A DNA stretch of 64,000 bases from Escherichia phage EP01: sequence record OM135583.1; one strand, written 5' to 3'. The notes under the pieces were generated by a model. It searched no databases. It was not told the origin of the DNA and saw only the letters and a program-made list of their open reading frames with translations. The position numbers and the translations under genes are program-made. Shown here one piece after another: positions 27,832-36,802 of the stretch. Numbering within the stretch: the stretch's first letter is position 1; each line of letters starts with the position of its first letter.

Positions 27832-28293
27832 TCATTGAGTTTTAATTACTGCTTTAGAAGCCTTTCCTGGTAAACGACGACTGTTGATAATTGCCATCCT
27901 GCACTGAAGTGACGGGTCTTTGAACTTCGCATTAGGTTTACAAACTGTAAATCCAAGCCAAAGATTTCCATCTGTGATTTCTAAACGTCCAGGACGATAT
28001 TCAACCCCATCAATAAAATCCTCATCAATGTCAGGACGTGGAGGCATACTCAGGAATTCATTAACTTCTAAAACGTGGTCTTTTATTTTATGGAATAATT
28101 CAAAAACATATGTCTCATCAATCTCCCGTTGAATTGCACGATCAAGAAGATGCTGAGAATATTTTAGATGAAACGATGAGACCCCTGCTGCTTTTGATGC
28201 CTCACGAATCTCATTGTTAATTTGACGAAACTCCGACTCAAAGTGACGACGGAGCTTATTTCGACGGATAAAAACTTCTGTGTTGATAGTCAT
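27832..28293 (-). CDS. regB: Site-specific endoribonuclease RegB
   Basis: 153 aa (T4 RegB length); position after tk; classical early promoter directly upstream. Confidence 0.8.
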   Translation of the reverse strand: MTINTEVFIRRNKLRRHFESEFRQINNEIREASKAAGVSSFHLKYSQHLLDRAIQREIDETYVFELFHKIKDHVLEVNEFLSMPPRPDIDEDFIDGVEYRPGRLEITDGNLWLGFTVCKPNAKFKDPSLQCRMAIINSRRLPGKASKAVIKTQ

Positions 28294-28319
28294 GTTATTC
28301 TCCTCTTAACTGATAGAAA

Positions 28320-28351
28320 AATTATACCACAGTCAAGAGGAAAAGTAAACA
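28320..28351 (-). promoter_or_regulatory. T4-type early promoter of regB
   Basis: GTTTAC (28350-28345), 18 bp, TATAAT (28326-28321), then GAGGAGAA SD before regB ATG. Confidence 0.7.
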
Positions 28352-28352
28352 G

Positions 28353-28631
28353 TTATTCTTTAAATCTAATCAATTTATTCATAGACTTTGAAACTTCTGC
28401 ACGAACCTCATGTAAGTTTTTAAGCTGTTCAAGACGCTGCTCATAGTAAGCAATTTCATCTTCTTCGAGACAGTCCTGTGAATCTTCTTTAAGATAACGC
28501 GCATAGTCCTGGAAAGCGTTACGAATTACTTCCTGGAAATCATCAAGACTTTGAATTTTCTTAGGAGCAACAGATACACGACGAGGGGCAGTATAATACT
28601 CATAACCAAGCCCTGCGCTTAATTGAGCCAT
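28353..28631 (-). CDS. Hypothetical protein
   Basis: Track ORF 28353..28673 trimmed to internal Met (MAQLSAG). Confidence 0.5.
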   Translation of the reverse strand: MAQLSAGLGYEYYTAPRRVSVAPKKIQSLDDFQEVIRNAFQDYARYLKEDSQDCLEEDEIAYYEQRLEQLKNLHEVRAEVSKSMNKLIRFKE

Positions 28632-28897
28632 TAATATTTTTCCTCTGGTTGGAACACAGCACGACAAGCCCACATACTGGCTTCTTTGAGTTTAGTTTTA
28701 GCAATAGTTAACTGATCAAGGCTTTCAGCATAATTCTTCGCGAATTCACAGTCTTCACAATTATCTAGTGCTTCCCAGAATTCATCATATAAAGCATCAA
28801 AGATAAGTCCTAAACGAACTTCAGCATCTTTGATAGCATTCACTTTACCGATTTTCTCTTCAGTATGTGGCTTATAACCCTTAATATCTTCAATCAT
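28631..28897 (-). CDS. Hypothetical protein (vs.4/Acb2-position small protein; identity unverified)
   Basis: 88-aa ORF in the vs-regB gene block; cannot confirm Acb2 homology by eye. Confidence 0.5.
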   Translation of the reverse strand: MIEDIKGYKPHTEEKIGKVNAIKDAEVRLGLIFDALYDEFWEALDNCEDCEFAKNYAESLDQLTIAKTKLKEASMWACRAVFQPEEKY

Positions 28898-29111
28898 ATT
28901 TTACTTCCTCACCAGTACCCAAATCATATTCAACTAAACGAATAGGTTCATGAATGCCATATCCCTGAACAGAAATTTCTGTCGTAGGATAAATTCCACT
29001 AATATCACCCATGTTCCACGCTTCATTAAATTGCTGTTCGCCTGAATTACTAAACCACTCGGCGAAAGCATTTAGCACATCTTCAGAACCTTCAATAATT
29101 ATCTTTGCCAT
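28890..29111 (-). CDS. Hypothetical protein
   Basis: 73-aa ORF. Confidence 0.5.
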   Translation of the reverse strand: MAKIIIEGSEDVLNAFAEWFSNSGEQQFNEAWNMGDISGIYPTTEISVQGYGIHEPIRLVEYDLGTGEEVKYD

Positions 29112-29485
29112 TACAAACTCTCAGTAAAGGTACGAGCGATAACGTCGCGCTGCTGTTCCGGAGTCAGAGAGTTAAAGCGAACTGCATAACCGGATACACG
29201 GATGGTCAGCTGCGGATATTTTTCCGGATGCTTAACTGCATCTTCCAGAGTTTCGCGACGCAGAACGTTAACGTTCAGGTGTTGACCACCTTCAATTTTA
29301 ACTGTAGGTTGTGTTTCAATTTCAATTTCACGGGCATGCAAACCATAGAAAATTTCTGGGTCTACAAAAGAGTCCTCTTTAAAAGTTTTAGAGACAATAA
29401 TTCGTGCTTGAATACCATCTTCAAAATAAATAGTACCTTTATGCGTGCCTTCAAGAATTTGATATGCTTTCATATAACCTCTCAA
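29111..29485 (-). CDS. Autonomous glycyl radical cofactor (GrcA/YfiD-like; T4 Y06I-type)
   Basis: 124 aa; C-terminal ~60 aa [59 protein letters not shown] matches E. coli GrcA with glycyl radical motif RVSGY. Confidence 0.9.
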   Translation of the reverse strand: MRGYMKAYQILEGTHKGTIYFEDGIQARIIVSKTFKEDSFVDPEIFYGLHAREIEIETQPTVKIEGGQHLNVNVLRRETLEDAVKHPEKYPQLTIRVSGYAVRFNSLTPEQQRDVIARTFTESL

Positions 29486-29808
29486 TTAGAAAATAAATTT
29501 ATCCAAGATTGCTCTTTAATTAAAAATGGCTCAGAATCATATGCCATTAAACTTTGGGTGATTAGTCCTTTAAAAGGTCCATCAATAAATTCCATGGCAA
29601 AATATGGAATTTTATTCATTAATCTTGCATTAGGAGCAGTGCACAAAACTCTACATCCTTTGAATACGCCTTTTTGTAATTTGTATTGCTTAGGATAAAA
29701 TTCGCTCAAGACATTGTTATTTGCCAAAATTTCAAAATGATTCACCAATTTATTTTTAATAGTTTTTGGCGAAAAATAAAGATATTCGAAAAGCTGAGTG
29801 TCTGTCAT
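29482..29808 (-). CDS. Hypothetical protein
   Basis: Track ORF 29482..29862 trimmed to Met at 29808. Confidence 0.5.
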   Translation of the reverse strand: MTDTQLFEYLYFSPKTIKNKLVNHFEILANNNVLSEFYPKQYKLQKGVFKGCRVLCTAPNARLMNKIPYFAMEFIDGPFKGLITQSLMAYDSEPFLIKEQSWINLFSN

Positions 29809-30395
29809 CATTGCATTCCAATTACGAAAAACTGTGGACGAGTAATACCACCAATGCAGCATTTACTATTGCAACAGTGGTGCACAGTTTCAATATGAAT
29901 ATCGTAAATTTTATCCATATCAGGAGATTTAACAGGCTCATCGATTATATACAAAATCCGCGAAAGCGATAAACCTCTGAACTTGCTTCCTTTATTACCG
30001 ATAAAGCTACGGACAGAATCAGTAAATAAGCGGAATCGAATATCATCGCTAGAATAACGAGAAAATTCTTTTTTAATGTGGCCCGCAGAAATTTTAGCGT
30101 AAGCTGAAGTATTAGAAAGAACAATAACTGTTCCACCATCATACAGCCAATTAGCAGCAAAGTTAGTCACAGCAGTTGATTTACCAGATTGTCTGCCACC
30201 ATCTAAACGAAGTGTGCAATACTGTTTGAGTAAGTCTTCAAATGGTGGGATATAATCGTTTTTACAAATTTCTTCTACTCTAGCATCAGAATGGTGTGTA
30301 AAAGCATTCATCAGGGATAGATAAGGACCAGTTAAAAATGTTCTCATTTTGTTATCTCTAAATTTGGGCCATTCCGTGGCGCATGAATTGTCCAT
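29808..30395 (-). CDS. P-loop NTPase-like protein
   Basis: 195 aa; GGRQSGKST Walker A-like motif; start may be internal Met (MRTFLTG). Confidence 0.55.
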   Translation of the reverse strand: MDNSCATEWPKFRDNKMRTFLTGPYLSLMNAFTHHSDARVEEICKNDYIPPFEDLLKQYCTLRLDGGRQSGKSTAVTNFAANWLYDGGTVIVLSNTSAYAKISAGHIKKEFSRYSSDDIRFRLFTDSVRSFIGNKGSKFRGLSLSRILYIIDEPVKSPDMDKIYDIHIETVHHCCNSKCCIGGITRPQFFVIGMQ

Positions 30396-30524
30396 TTCTG
30401 TATTTACCCATTACCGCACTTGGGCTCGACCTTATTACAGGTTGGCGGGAATCCCTCACAGAATTATGAGGTCCAGCTTGTTCCCATGTTATTTGAATGT
30501 AAATAGGCCTAAGTATAGGCCTTA

Positions 30525-31103
30525 TTAATTACCACGGGCTGCATTAGCAACGGCATAAGCGTACTGAACATTAGCGTCCTTAAACGTACCTTTAGAGGTA
30601 TCTATTTCTGCCTTAAAGCCGCCTTTAGCCATAACATCGGCAAATTCTTTACGGAAAGCCATTGCATCAAGACCTTTCCATGATGATTTGTGCTTGGCGA
30701 ATTCAAGACCAGCGTAGTTGACAGCCTTAGCTAATTTATTATCAATGACCCATTTACCGGCTTTAGGCACAAACTTCGGACCTTTTTGTTTAGAGAACAG
30801 TTTTAAATTCCAGCGACGAAGATCACTGTCGGCTTTAACAAAAGCTGCGTCTAAGTTACTAGCAACAACATCTTCAATATGAGCAAATTTAAGTCCGTCA
30901 ACTTCAATATTTAGATCGTTACGCCAGCGAAGTCCTTCCCAAGCGAAAGCTTTAAAGTCAGAAGCTTTTGTGGCTAGATATCGTTCAAGTGGAGCAGTTT
31001 TAGGGTCAAAGCCGTTTCCGCCACGATAAGTCCACTCATCTTTATTAATGCCTTTGGCCTTTACTACAGAAGCTTCAGCAATAAATTCTTGATACGTTTT
31101 CAT
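30525..31103 (-). CDS. ipIII: Internal head protein with capsid-targeting sequence (IPIII-like)
   Basis: 192 aa; N-terminal MKTYQEFIAEA capsid-targeting sequence; size and position next to e match T4 ipIII. Confidence 0.7.
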   Translation of the reverse strand: MKTYQEFIAEASVVKAKGINKDEWTYRGGNGFDPKTAPLERYLATKASDFKAFAWEGLRWRNDLNIEVDGLKFAHIEDVVASNLDAAFVKADSDLRRWNLKLFSKQKGPKFVPKAGKWVIDNKLAKAVNYAGLEFAKHKSSWKGLDAMAFRKEFADVMAKGGFKAEIDTSKGTFKDANVQYAYAVANAARGN

Positions 31104-31129
31104 TTTTGTTCCTATTGTTTTAATTCATG

Positions 31130-31447
31130 TTATTCTTTAGGGAAGTTTTTAGAGTATGCGTCATAAAGTTTATTACCGATGCGTCGGAAAACTCTAGCTG
31201 CAAAACGGTTTTCAGGGTTTTTAATCATGATTTGCATCATGTAAGTTCCTGCATCCGAAAGAGCTTCTTCATAGTACCCATTAATTTCTTTAAGAGTCCT
31301 ACGTTTACCACCAGGACCATCAACAGTAATTTTCCATTTACCTGTAGAAGTGCGACTTGGCGGCTCAACTTGTTCAATCCAGATATAACCGCCTTCTACA
31401 CGTTGTCCTTGGGCAGATTCTGCAATAAATTCTTTAAACGTTTTCAT
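31130..31447 (-). CDS. ipII: Internal head protein with capsid-targeting sequence (IPII-like)
   Basis: 105 aa; N-terminal MKTFKEFIAES; own early promoter upstream. Confidence 0.65.
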   Translation of the reverse strand: MKTFKEFIAESAQGQRVEGGYIWIEQVEPPSRTSTGKWKITVDGPGGKRRTLKEINGYYEEALSDAGTYMMQIMIKNPENRFAARVFRRIGNKLYDAYSKNFPKE

Positions 31448-31483
31448 ATGGTTCCTTTAAATATTTTAATTAGTAACTATGAA

Positions 31484-31515
31484 TATACTATCACAGTTCT
31501 AGGAGAAAGTAAACA
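31484..31515 (-). promoter_or_regulatory. T4-type early promoter of ipII-like gene
   Basis: GTTTAC (31514-31509), 18 bp, TAGTAT (31490-31485). Confidence 0.55.
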
Positions 31516-31518
31516 ACT

Positions 31519-32049
<531 letters not shown>

Positions 32050-32505
32050 TTAAAAGAGGTTGTTCATTATTCGGTAAAGTGAAGGACCCATCACATATTG
32101 CCACTGAGTACGAGGAATAAGAGCAAAAGCATCCATCTCTGGAATCATAACGCCATCTTTATTTTCAAAATAAGACTCGCAATGGCAATTTCTAAACATC
32201 TCATGCTCTACTGGAATCGTATAATAAAACAGATGTAAGTCTTTATTACTAGAATATTTAAATACACCTAGGTCTTCTAGAAGGTCTGGATTATAATTGT
32301 TAAAACCAGTCTCTTCTAAACATTCTCTTCGTGCTGCATCTAGTGCGCTTAAATCAGAATTTTCTACGCGGCCCTTTGGGATATCCCAGCGATGTGCCAT
32401 CATTCCAGGCTTACGAGAACCAGTAACCCGTCCCATGAATAAATCTTTATCTTCTGTCATAAAGATAATACCAGCTGATAATGTTTTCATTTTAATTTCC
32501 TGCAT
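32050..32505 (-). CDS. nudE: Nudix hydrolase NudE
   Basis: 151 aa; Nudix box GRVENSDLSALDAARRECLEETG. Confidence 0.9.
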   Translation of the reverse strand: MQEIKMKTLSAGIIFMTEDKDLFMGRVTGSRKPGMMAHRWDIPKGRVENSDLSALDAARRECLEETGFNNYNPDLLEDLGVFKYSSNKDLHLFYYTIPVEHEMFRNCHCESYFENKDGVMIPEMDAFALIPRTQWQYVMGPSLYRIMNNLF

Positions 32506-32990
32506 TCAGTGATAAAGTTATTTAAATTTTGAGTATATTTCTTTTCATCAAAAATCTTTTGTTGTCTGCGTAGCCGCCATGGCATTTCAATGAACGTGTA
32601 CCATATCCCAGATAATATTGCTGCTGTAAAAATATTAACAAGTATGGTTAAAAGAATCCAATCTCCTATTCTGTCCATTGGATTTTTTATAAAAAAGTAA
32701 AATACGAATGATGTCACAGGAAAACTAATAATATACCACAGAATCATAATTTTATCTGTGAACCAATCAGCGTTCGTTAACTTAGCGCGGCCATTTTGAA
32801 TACATACAAACTTATCATCTGTTGCAGTAGATGGCTTAACTGGTTGATATCCCATTCTAAACTCCCTAATCAGCAAATTTTTCATATCTTCGGAACAGCC
32901 ATTCCAGTCAACTCTATCAACTGAAATGCCATCATCCCCGTCATCTAAATCATACCAGCGAGTTTTTAAAATCATTTGATTTTCCTGCAA
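32487..32990 (-). CDS. Small membrane protein (tandem family member)
   Basis: 167 aa; two TM helices; C-terminal NNFITECRKLK. Confidence 0.6.
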   Translation of the reverse strand: MQENQMILKTRWYDLDDGDDGISVDRVDWNGCSEDMKNLLIREFRMGYQPVKPSTATDDKFVCIQNGRAKLTNADWFTDKIMILWYIISFPVTSFVFYFFIKNPMDRIGDWILLTILVNIFTAAILSGIWYTFIEMPWRLRRQQKIFDEKKYTQNLNNFITECRKLK

Positions 32991-33346
32991 TCACTCACAA
33001 ACTCTTTCATTGATTCATTTTCAATATAAGACATGTAGTTATTATATTCTTTTAATTGTATTTTGTAATCCTTTTTTCTTTGCCAATTTATTTTAAAATT
33101 ATCATAATGAAAATATAAAATGATACTAAAGAATGAAAATAATGAAATTGCTATAGTATAATGAAGTTCACTCCAAACTTCTATTATATCTACTATACCG
33201 CTGACGTTACTGCGGATGTTTAAAATAATACAGTCAATCATTAATCCAATAAGACTACCAGCAAGAGCTGCAGCCAACGCCACAGCAAAAATTAAAAATG
33301 ACTCAGAAAAAGAATATTTGACTTTATTTAGTTTTGGCTTTTGCAT
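32972..33346 (-). CDS. Small membrane protein (tandem family member)
   Basis: 124 aa; two TM helices; C-terminal KEFVSDCRKIK. Confidence 0.6.
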   Translation of the reverse strand: MQKPKLNKVKYSFSESFLIFAVALAAALAGSLIGLMIDCIILNIRSNVSGIVDIIEVWSELHYTIAISLFSFFSIILYFHYDNFKINWQRKKDYKIQLKEYNNYMSYIENESMKEFVSDCRKIK

Positions 33347-33741
33347 CGTGATTCCTTAACAAATTTCATAATTTCATTAAATTCATACATATTTAGTTTA
33401 AGCTGGTGTTCCTTTTTAATCTTTTTACACTGAGCTTTCCATTCACGTACACGTTTACGATAATGCCTTCCTTGATACCAATATCCTACCCAATTTACAG
33501 GTACCAATAAAAATGGAACTACTAATGGAAGAATTAATACTAACAAAAATATTACGCCAGATTCAATATCAGTCATAAAGTCTATAACCATTCCAACAAT
33601 CAATAGAATTACAAATGATATAGCTGTCACAGGACCTATTAATACATCAGTAGGAATTAGCTGGCGCTTTAATTCATACTTCAAAGGTTTACTTGGAAGG
33701 TATAGTGATGGCTTTGACATATTCTCTACATTCCTTAACAA
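33328..33741 (-). CDS. Small membrane protein (tandem family member)
   Basis: 137 aa; two TM helices; C-terminal IMKFVKESRCK. Confidence 0.6.
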   Translation of the reverse strand: MLRNVENMSKPSLYLPSKPLKYELKRQLIPTDVLIGPVTAISFVILLIVGMVIDFMTDIESGVIFLLVLILPLVVPFLLVPVNWVGYWYQGRHYRKRVREWKAQCKKIKKEHQLKLNMYEFNEIMKFVKESRCKSQN

Positions 33742-34297
33742 ATTTTTCTAGTAATAAATCACTTTCAAAATTAGGATTTTCCACTAATTTATCAAAAAGA
33801 TCATCAACAATATTCAAGATATTTCTTTTACTAAGAATACGTTTATTTTCATGCTTCGTTTCAGAATCAACTATAAGAGTAAAGAAATATTTCTTTCCCT
33901 GAAATTTTACTGTAGTATCAATATAGAATAAATTTGACTTTTGTAAGTTACGTTTAAACCATGCGTCACTTAAACTATAAACACCGAGATAATCAAAATC
34001 GTCGTTTAAATAACATACTGTCCATTCAGGAGAAATGAAATCAGTAAATTCAACATCAAAATCACACGTCAATGAATGAATTGATTCAATACTGTTAATA
34101 AGTATTCCAGGACGTATTAAAGACTTTTTACCTCTGGAAAATCTTCCAGAAAGACTTTCATCAGTTTCATATGAAGAACCCCAATAATAATTACGTCCTT
34201 CTGCCATACGTTTAAGAGCATTTAGTAATTGGTCTGGAACATCAACCTGTCTTTGGAACTCTTCAAACATTGAATTGAAATCATTTTGCATTCTCAT
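33689..34297 (-). CDS. Hypothetical protein
   Basis: 202 aa; C-terminal EKFVKECREYV related to downstream membrane-protein family. Confidence 0.6.
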   Translation of the reverse strand: MRMQNDFNSMFEEFQRQVDVPDQLLNALKRMAEGRNYYWGSSYETDESLSGRFSRGKKSLIRPGILINSIESIHSLTCDFDVEFTDFISPEWTVCYLNDDFDYLGVYSLSDAWFKRNLQKSNLFYIDTTVKFQGKKYFFTLIVDSETKHENKRILSKRNILNIVDDLFDKLVENPNFESDLLLEKFVKECREYVKAITIPSK

Positions 34298-34338
34298 TCC
34301 TATTTACTCCAAGTAATAGGGGCCGAAGCCCCTTATCA

Positions 34339-34932
34339 TTATTTCAGAGAATTAATGTATTCCTGAACATCGGCAGAGGTGGTTTCAACCCCGGAAATAT
34401 TACCGTTAAAGGTTTCAACTCGAGCAAGAGTATCTTCAATATCAACCTTAGTTAGCGCTGCGATTTCAACTACATCATCAGCAGTACTAATTCCAAGGGC
34501 ATTTGCCGCACGAGTTTCACGGATATATTCCAATTTAACTGCAAGTTCTTGGCGAGCATCATCTAACTCAACTACTTTCTTGGCGATTTCAATTCGCATT
34601 TCAGCATACCCATCAGCTTTAGTAGTCAGCTGTTCAGCTGTTCGACGATATAGCAAGCCAAGTTTAGCATGCATTGTTACATCTTGACCTTCGGAAAGAA
34701 GCTTGCGAATTTCACGCTCTTTTGATTCAGCCTGTTTATTCTTTTCAACAATAAGTTCACGAATACGTTTTTCTTCATTAATAGATTTAACAGAAGCAGT
34801 TTTTAGGTCTTTAATTTTATCAAGTAATTTTGCTGCTGCAGCGGTATACTGTTCTTCAACAGATAGATTTTTAGCCATAGCAGAACCAAGTTTAGTGCGA
34901 ATAAAATCAACAATTTTCTTCAGTGTGTTCAT
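34339..34932 (-). CDS. Coiled-coil protein (possibly PspA/IM30-like)
   Basis: 197 aa, extended heptad-like charged helices; PspA resemblance is tentative. Confidence 0.55.
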   Translation of the reverse strand: MNTLKKIVDFIRTKLGSAMAKNLSVEEQYTAAAAKLLDKIKDLKTASVKSINEEKRIRELIVEKNKQAESKEREIRKLLSEGQDVTMHAKLGLLYRRTAEQLTTKADGYAEMRIEIAKKVVELDDARQELAVKLEYIRETRAANALGISTADDVVEIAALTKVDIEDTLARVETFNGNISGVETTSADVQEYINSLK

Positions 34933-35221
34933 AGTATTTCCTTAGGTTAATTAAGATTTAAAATCCATGAGAGTATTATACTCCGGATAGTTTGTAAACT
35001 ATTTCAACATCGCCTTTTGCTGCTTTATAACCTTCAGCCCAAGATACAACCGAGTTTTTATCTGAAGATTCAAATTCTGGCATTGGACTTTCATCAATGT
35101 TCACACAGTATGTTTCTTCATTTTCGTCAAACCAAATAGTTAAAGTAGTCATTTATTTCTCCGCTTCTGTGATTGTTTTGATAAGTCTATAATAACACCG
35201 TCCTTGGTGTTTGTACACCAC

Positions 35222-35539
35222 TTATTTCATATTATTGAAATATTCTTCTGCGATTTCATCGTTATCGTGGTAAACTTTAGAAGACAGTTTAACATAACCT
35301 TCAGCAGTGAACATATTAATCACAACTTTTACAGTATACCACTGACCGTCTTCATTACCCATTACTGCGTAAGTTTCAAACATCGGATGGTCAGGACCGA
35401 TGACTTTAATATCATTCACTGTACGACCGAAATCTTCTGAAACGCATTTCATAAAGAAGTTGAACAGTTCGCCGTAATTATCCATTTCATTCTCCAAGTT
35501 GTTTTTCTGTATCAGTAGTTGATAGTTGTATAGTACCAT
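35222..35539 (-). CDS. Hypothetical protein
   Basis: 105 aa; early promoter directly upstream. Confidence 0.6.
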   Translation of the reverse strand: MVLYNYQLLIQKNNLENEMDNYGELFNFFMKCVSEDFGRTVNDIKVIGPDHPMFETYAVMGNEDGQWYTVKVVINMFTAEGYVKLSSKVYHDNDEIAEEYFNNMK

Positions 35540-35550
35540 GGAAGAACGGG
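35519..35550 (-). promoter_or_regulatory. T4-type early promoter (cassette)
   Basis: GTTTAC (35549-35544), 18 bp, TACTAT (35525-35520). Confidence 0.6.
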
Positions 35551-35694
35551 GATGTAAACAGTTTTGTGAAAAAAATTTTTTAAAAAGTTTTAGGGAATTC
35601 TAGGACAGGGAGGGGCAATTAAAGGATAGGATAATATATTATAAAGGGTAGAAACTAAATGATTCTTAGAGAGGTCCAGAAAGGCCTAGATACC

Positions 35695-35719
35695 AAAAAG
35701 CCCTATCATTTAGATAGGG
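35695..35719 (-). terminator. Rho-independent terminator after internal-protein-like gene
   Basis: Minus strand CCCTATC-loop-GATAGGG followed by TTTTT. Confidence 0.55.
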
Positions 35720-35727
35720 ATTTAAAA

Positions 35728-36291
35728 TTATTTATCTAGTTTAGCTATTATAGCTTCTGCGGCAGCTTTTAGTTTAGATGCGGTGTTAATACGATTTTTA
35801 ATTTCAGTATACGCATCGCCAAGAACGTCAAGGCTATCAGAATAAACGCTTACACTATTGCGTTCGCTATTTGAAATAGAACCTTTAGTTTTACGATCAA
35901 AATCGATGTACACGTCTTGAAGATCACGGGCTGCCTTCTTTGCATCATCCAATGCATCAAGAGCTTTATTCAAAGCATTAACGTATTTTTTAGTGTCGAA
36001 CATATTCTTAGAAATTTTAACAGGCGCACGTTCAGGAGTAGCTAAGGCAGATTTAGGAACCTGAGCGCCAGATGCCAGTTTCTTAGAAATTTTGAAAAAT
36101 GCTTTATTGAATTTATTTTCTTGACTCATCGTAAAAGAACTATTATCAATGTTATACATTTCAATAGCTTTAGCTTTCCACTTAAGAAAATCGCCACGGT
36201 CTTTTGGGTCCAATTGGAAGAATACTTTAGTAAGTTCTGCTTCAGATGGTAATTTTGCTGCTTCGGTTAAAAATTCGGCATAAGTTTTCAT
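35728..36291 (-). CDS. Internal-protein-like gene with capsid-targeting sequence
   Basis: 187 aa; N-terminal MKTYAEFLTEAAK capsid-targeting-like sequence; hairpin terminator just downstream. Confidence 0.65.
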   Translation of the reverse strand: MKTYAEFLTEAAKLPSEAELTKVFFQLDPKDRGDFLKWKAKAIEMYNIDNSSFTMSQENKFNKAFFKISKKLASGAQVPKSALATPERAPVKISKNMFDTKKYVNALNKALDALDDAKKAARDLQDVYIDFDRKTKGSISNSERNSVSVYSDSLDVLGDAYTEIKNRINTASKLKAAAEAIIAKLDK

Positions 36292-36381
36292 TTAAAATCC
36301 TTGAAATAATCTATCGGTTGGTTATTAATTATTTATTACTTTGTTATTATCCGTAACAGCGTTATCCGAGTGATTCAAACT

Positions 36382-36408
36382 AAAAAGCCCCAACCTTTCG
36401 GTCGGGGC
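36382..36408 (-). terminator. Rho-independent terminator ending the tRNA/small-RNA transcription unit
   Basis: Minus strand GCCCCGACC-GAAA-GGTTGGGGC stem/tetraloop followed by TTTTT. Confidence 0.7.
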
Positions 36409-36412
36409 TAAG

Positions 36413-36725
36413 CCTTGCGGCAACCTTGTCGGGGTTCCACCTGCTAAGGCAAGTGTTTGTACGAAACGCCGGGATTCGAACCCGGTTATTAAGCAGTTGA
36501 CGCTACTTAATATTTTTAAAAGGCCATATCTCGACCATATCCGAACGTTCCGTCAAAAACGCTACTCGGCTTACGGCAAAGATATTTCCTCGAATCGATA
36601 ATTCGGTGCGCCGTTTCTGCTGTGATGTAAGAGGGCATCAACAAATCATAAAGATTTATTAACACAATTCCTTACCCAGGGAACATCAGTCCGACGACTT
36701 ACCGGTAGCGACCCGGTTTCTTGTT
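36413..36725 (-). ncRNA. Candidate small stable RNA(s) (T4 rnaC/rnaD-like) downstream of tRNA-Arg
   Basis: ~310 bp with no ORF, GC-richer than surroundings, contains tRNA-like T-arm (CCGGGTTCGAATCCCGG on minus strand, ~36462-36485) and ends at strong terminator. Confidence 0.35.
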
Positions 36726-36802
36726 TGGTCGAGGCAGAAGGATTCTAACCTTCAACCAACGGATTAGAAATCCGTTGCTCTATACAATTGAGCTATGCCT
36801 CG
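36726..36802 (-). tRNA. tRNA-Arg (anticodon UCU), CCA encoded
   Basis: Hand-folded cloverleaf: acceptor CGAGGCA/TGCCTCG, anticodon loop TTTCTAA, T-loop; 5' end overlaps stop of segB ORF. Confidence 0.8.

Noticed and set aside
29111-29290. GC-rich E. coli-like stretch as possible host DNA contamination or assembly chimera
   Set aside because: It is in frame with and continuous with an AT-rich phage-like 5' coding part and flanked on both sides by phage genes in T4 order; T4 is known to carry a GrcA homolog (Y06I).
29105-29698. 197-aa plus-strand ORF in the six-frame track
   Set aside because: Antisense to the GrcA-like gene and its neighbour, Cys/Phe-rich low-complexity translation, no ribosome-binding site; a shadow ORF of the minus-strand genes.
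32487-33350. Conserved ECRK-type C-terminal peptide taken alone as proof of a protein family
   Set aside because: The last ~6 residues are encoded by the conserved gene-junction sequence (ribosome-binding site and ATGA start/stop overlap of the next gene), so they are constrained at the nucleotide level; family membership is argued only from similarity further upstream.
34379-34945. Two plus-strand Ser/Ala-rich ORFs (34379-34687 and 34703-34945)
   Set aside because: Antisense to the coiled-coil gene 34339-34932; repetitive Ser/Ala translation is typical of the reverse frame of a charged helix gene.
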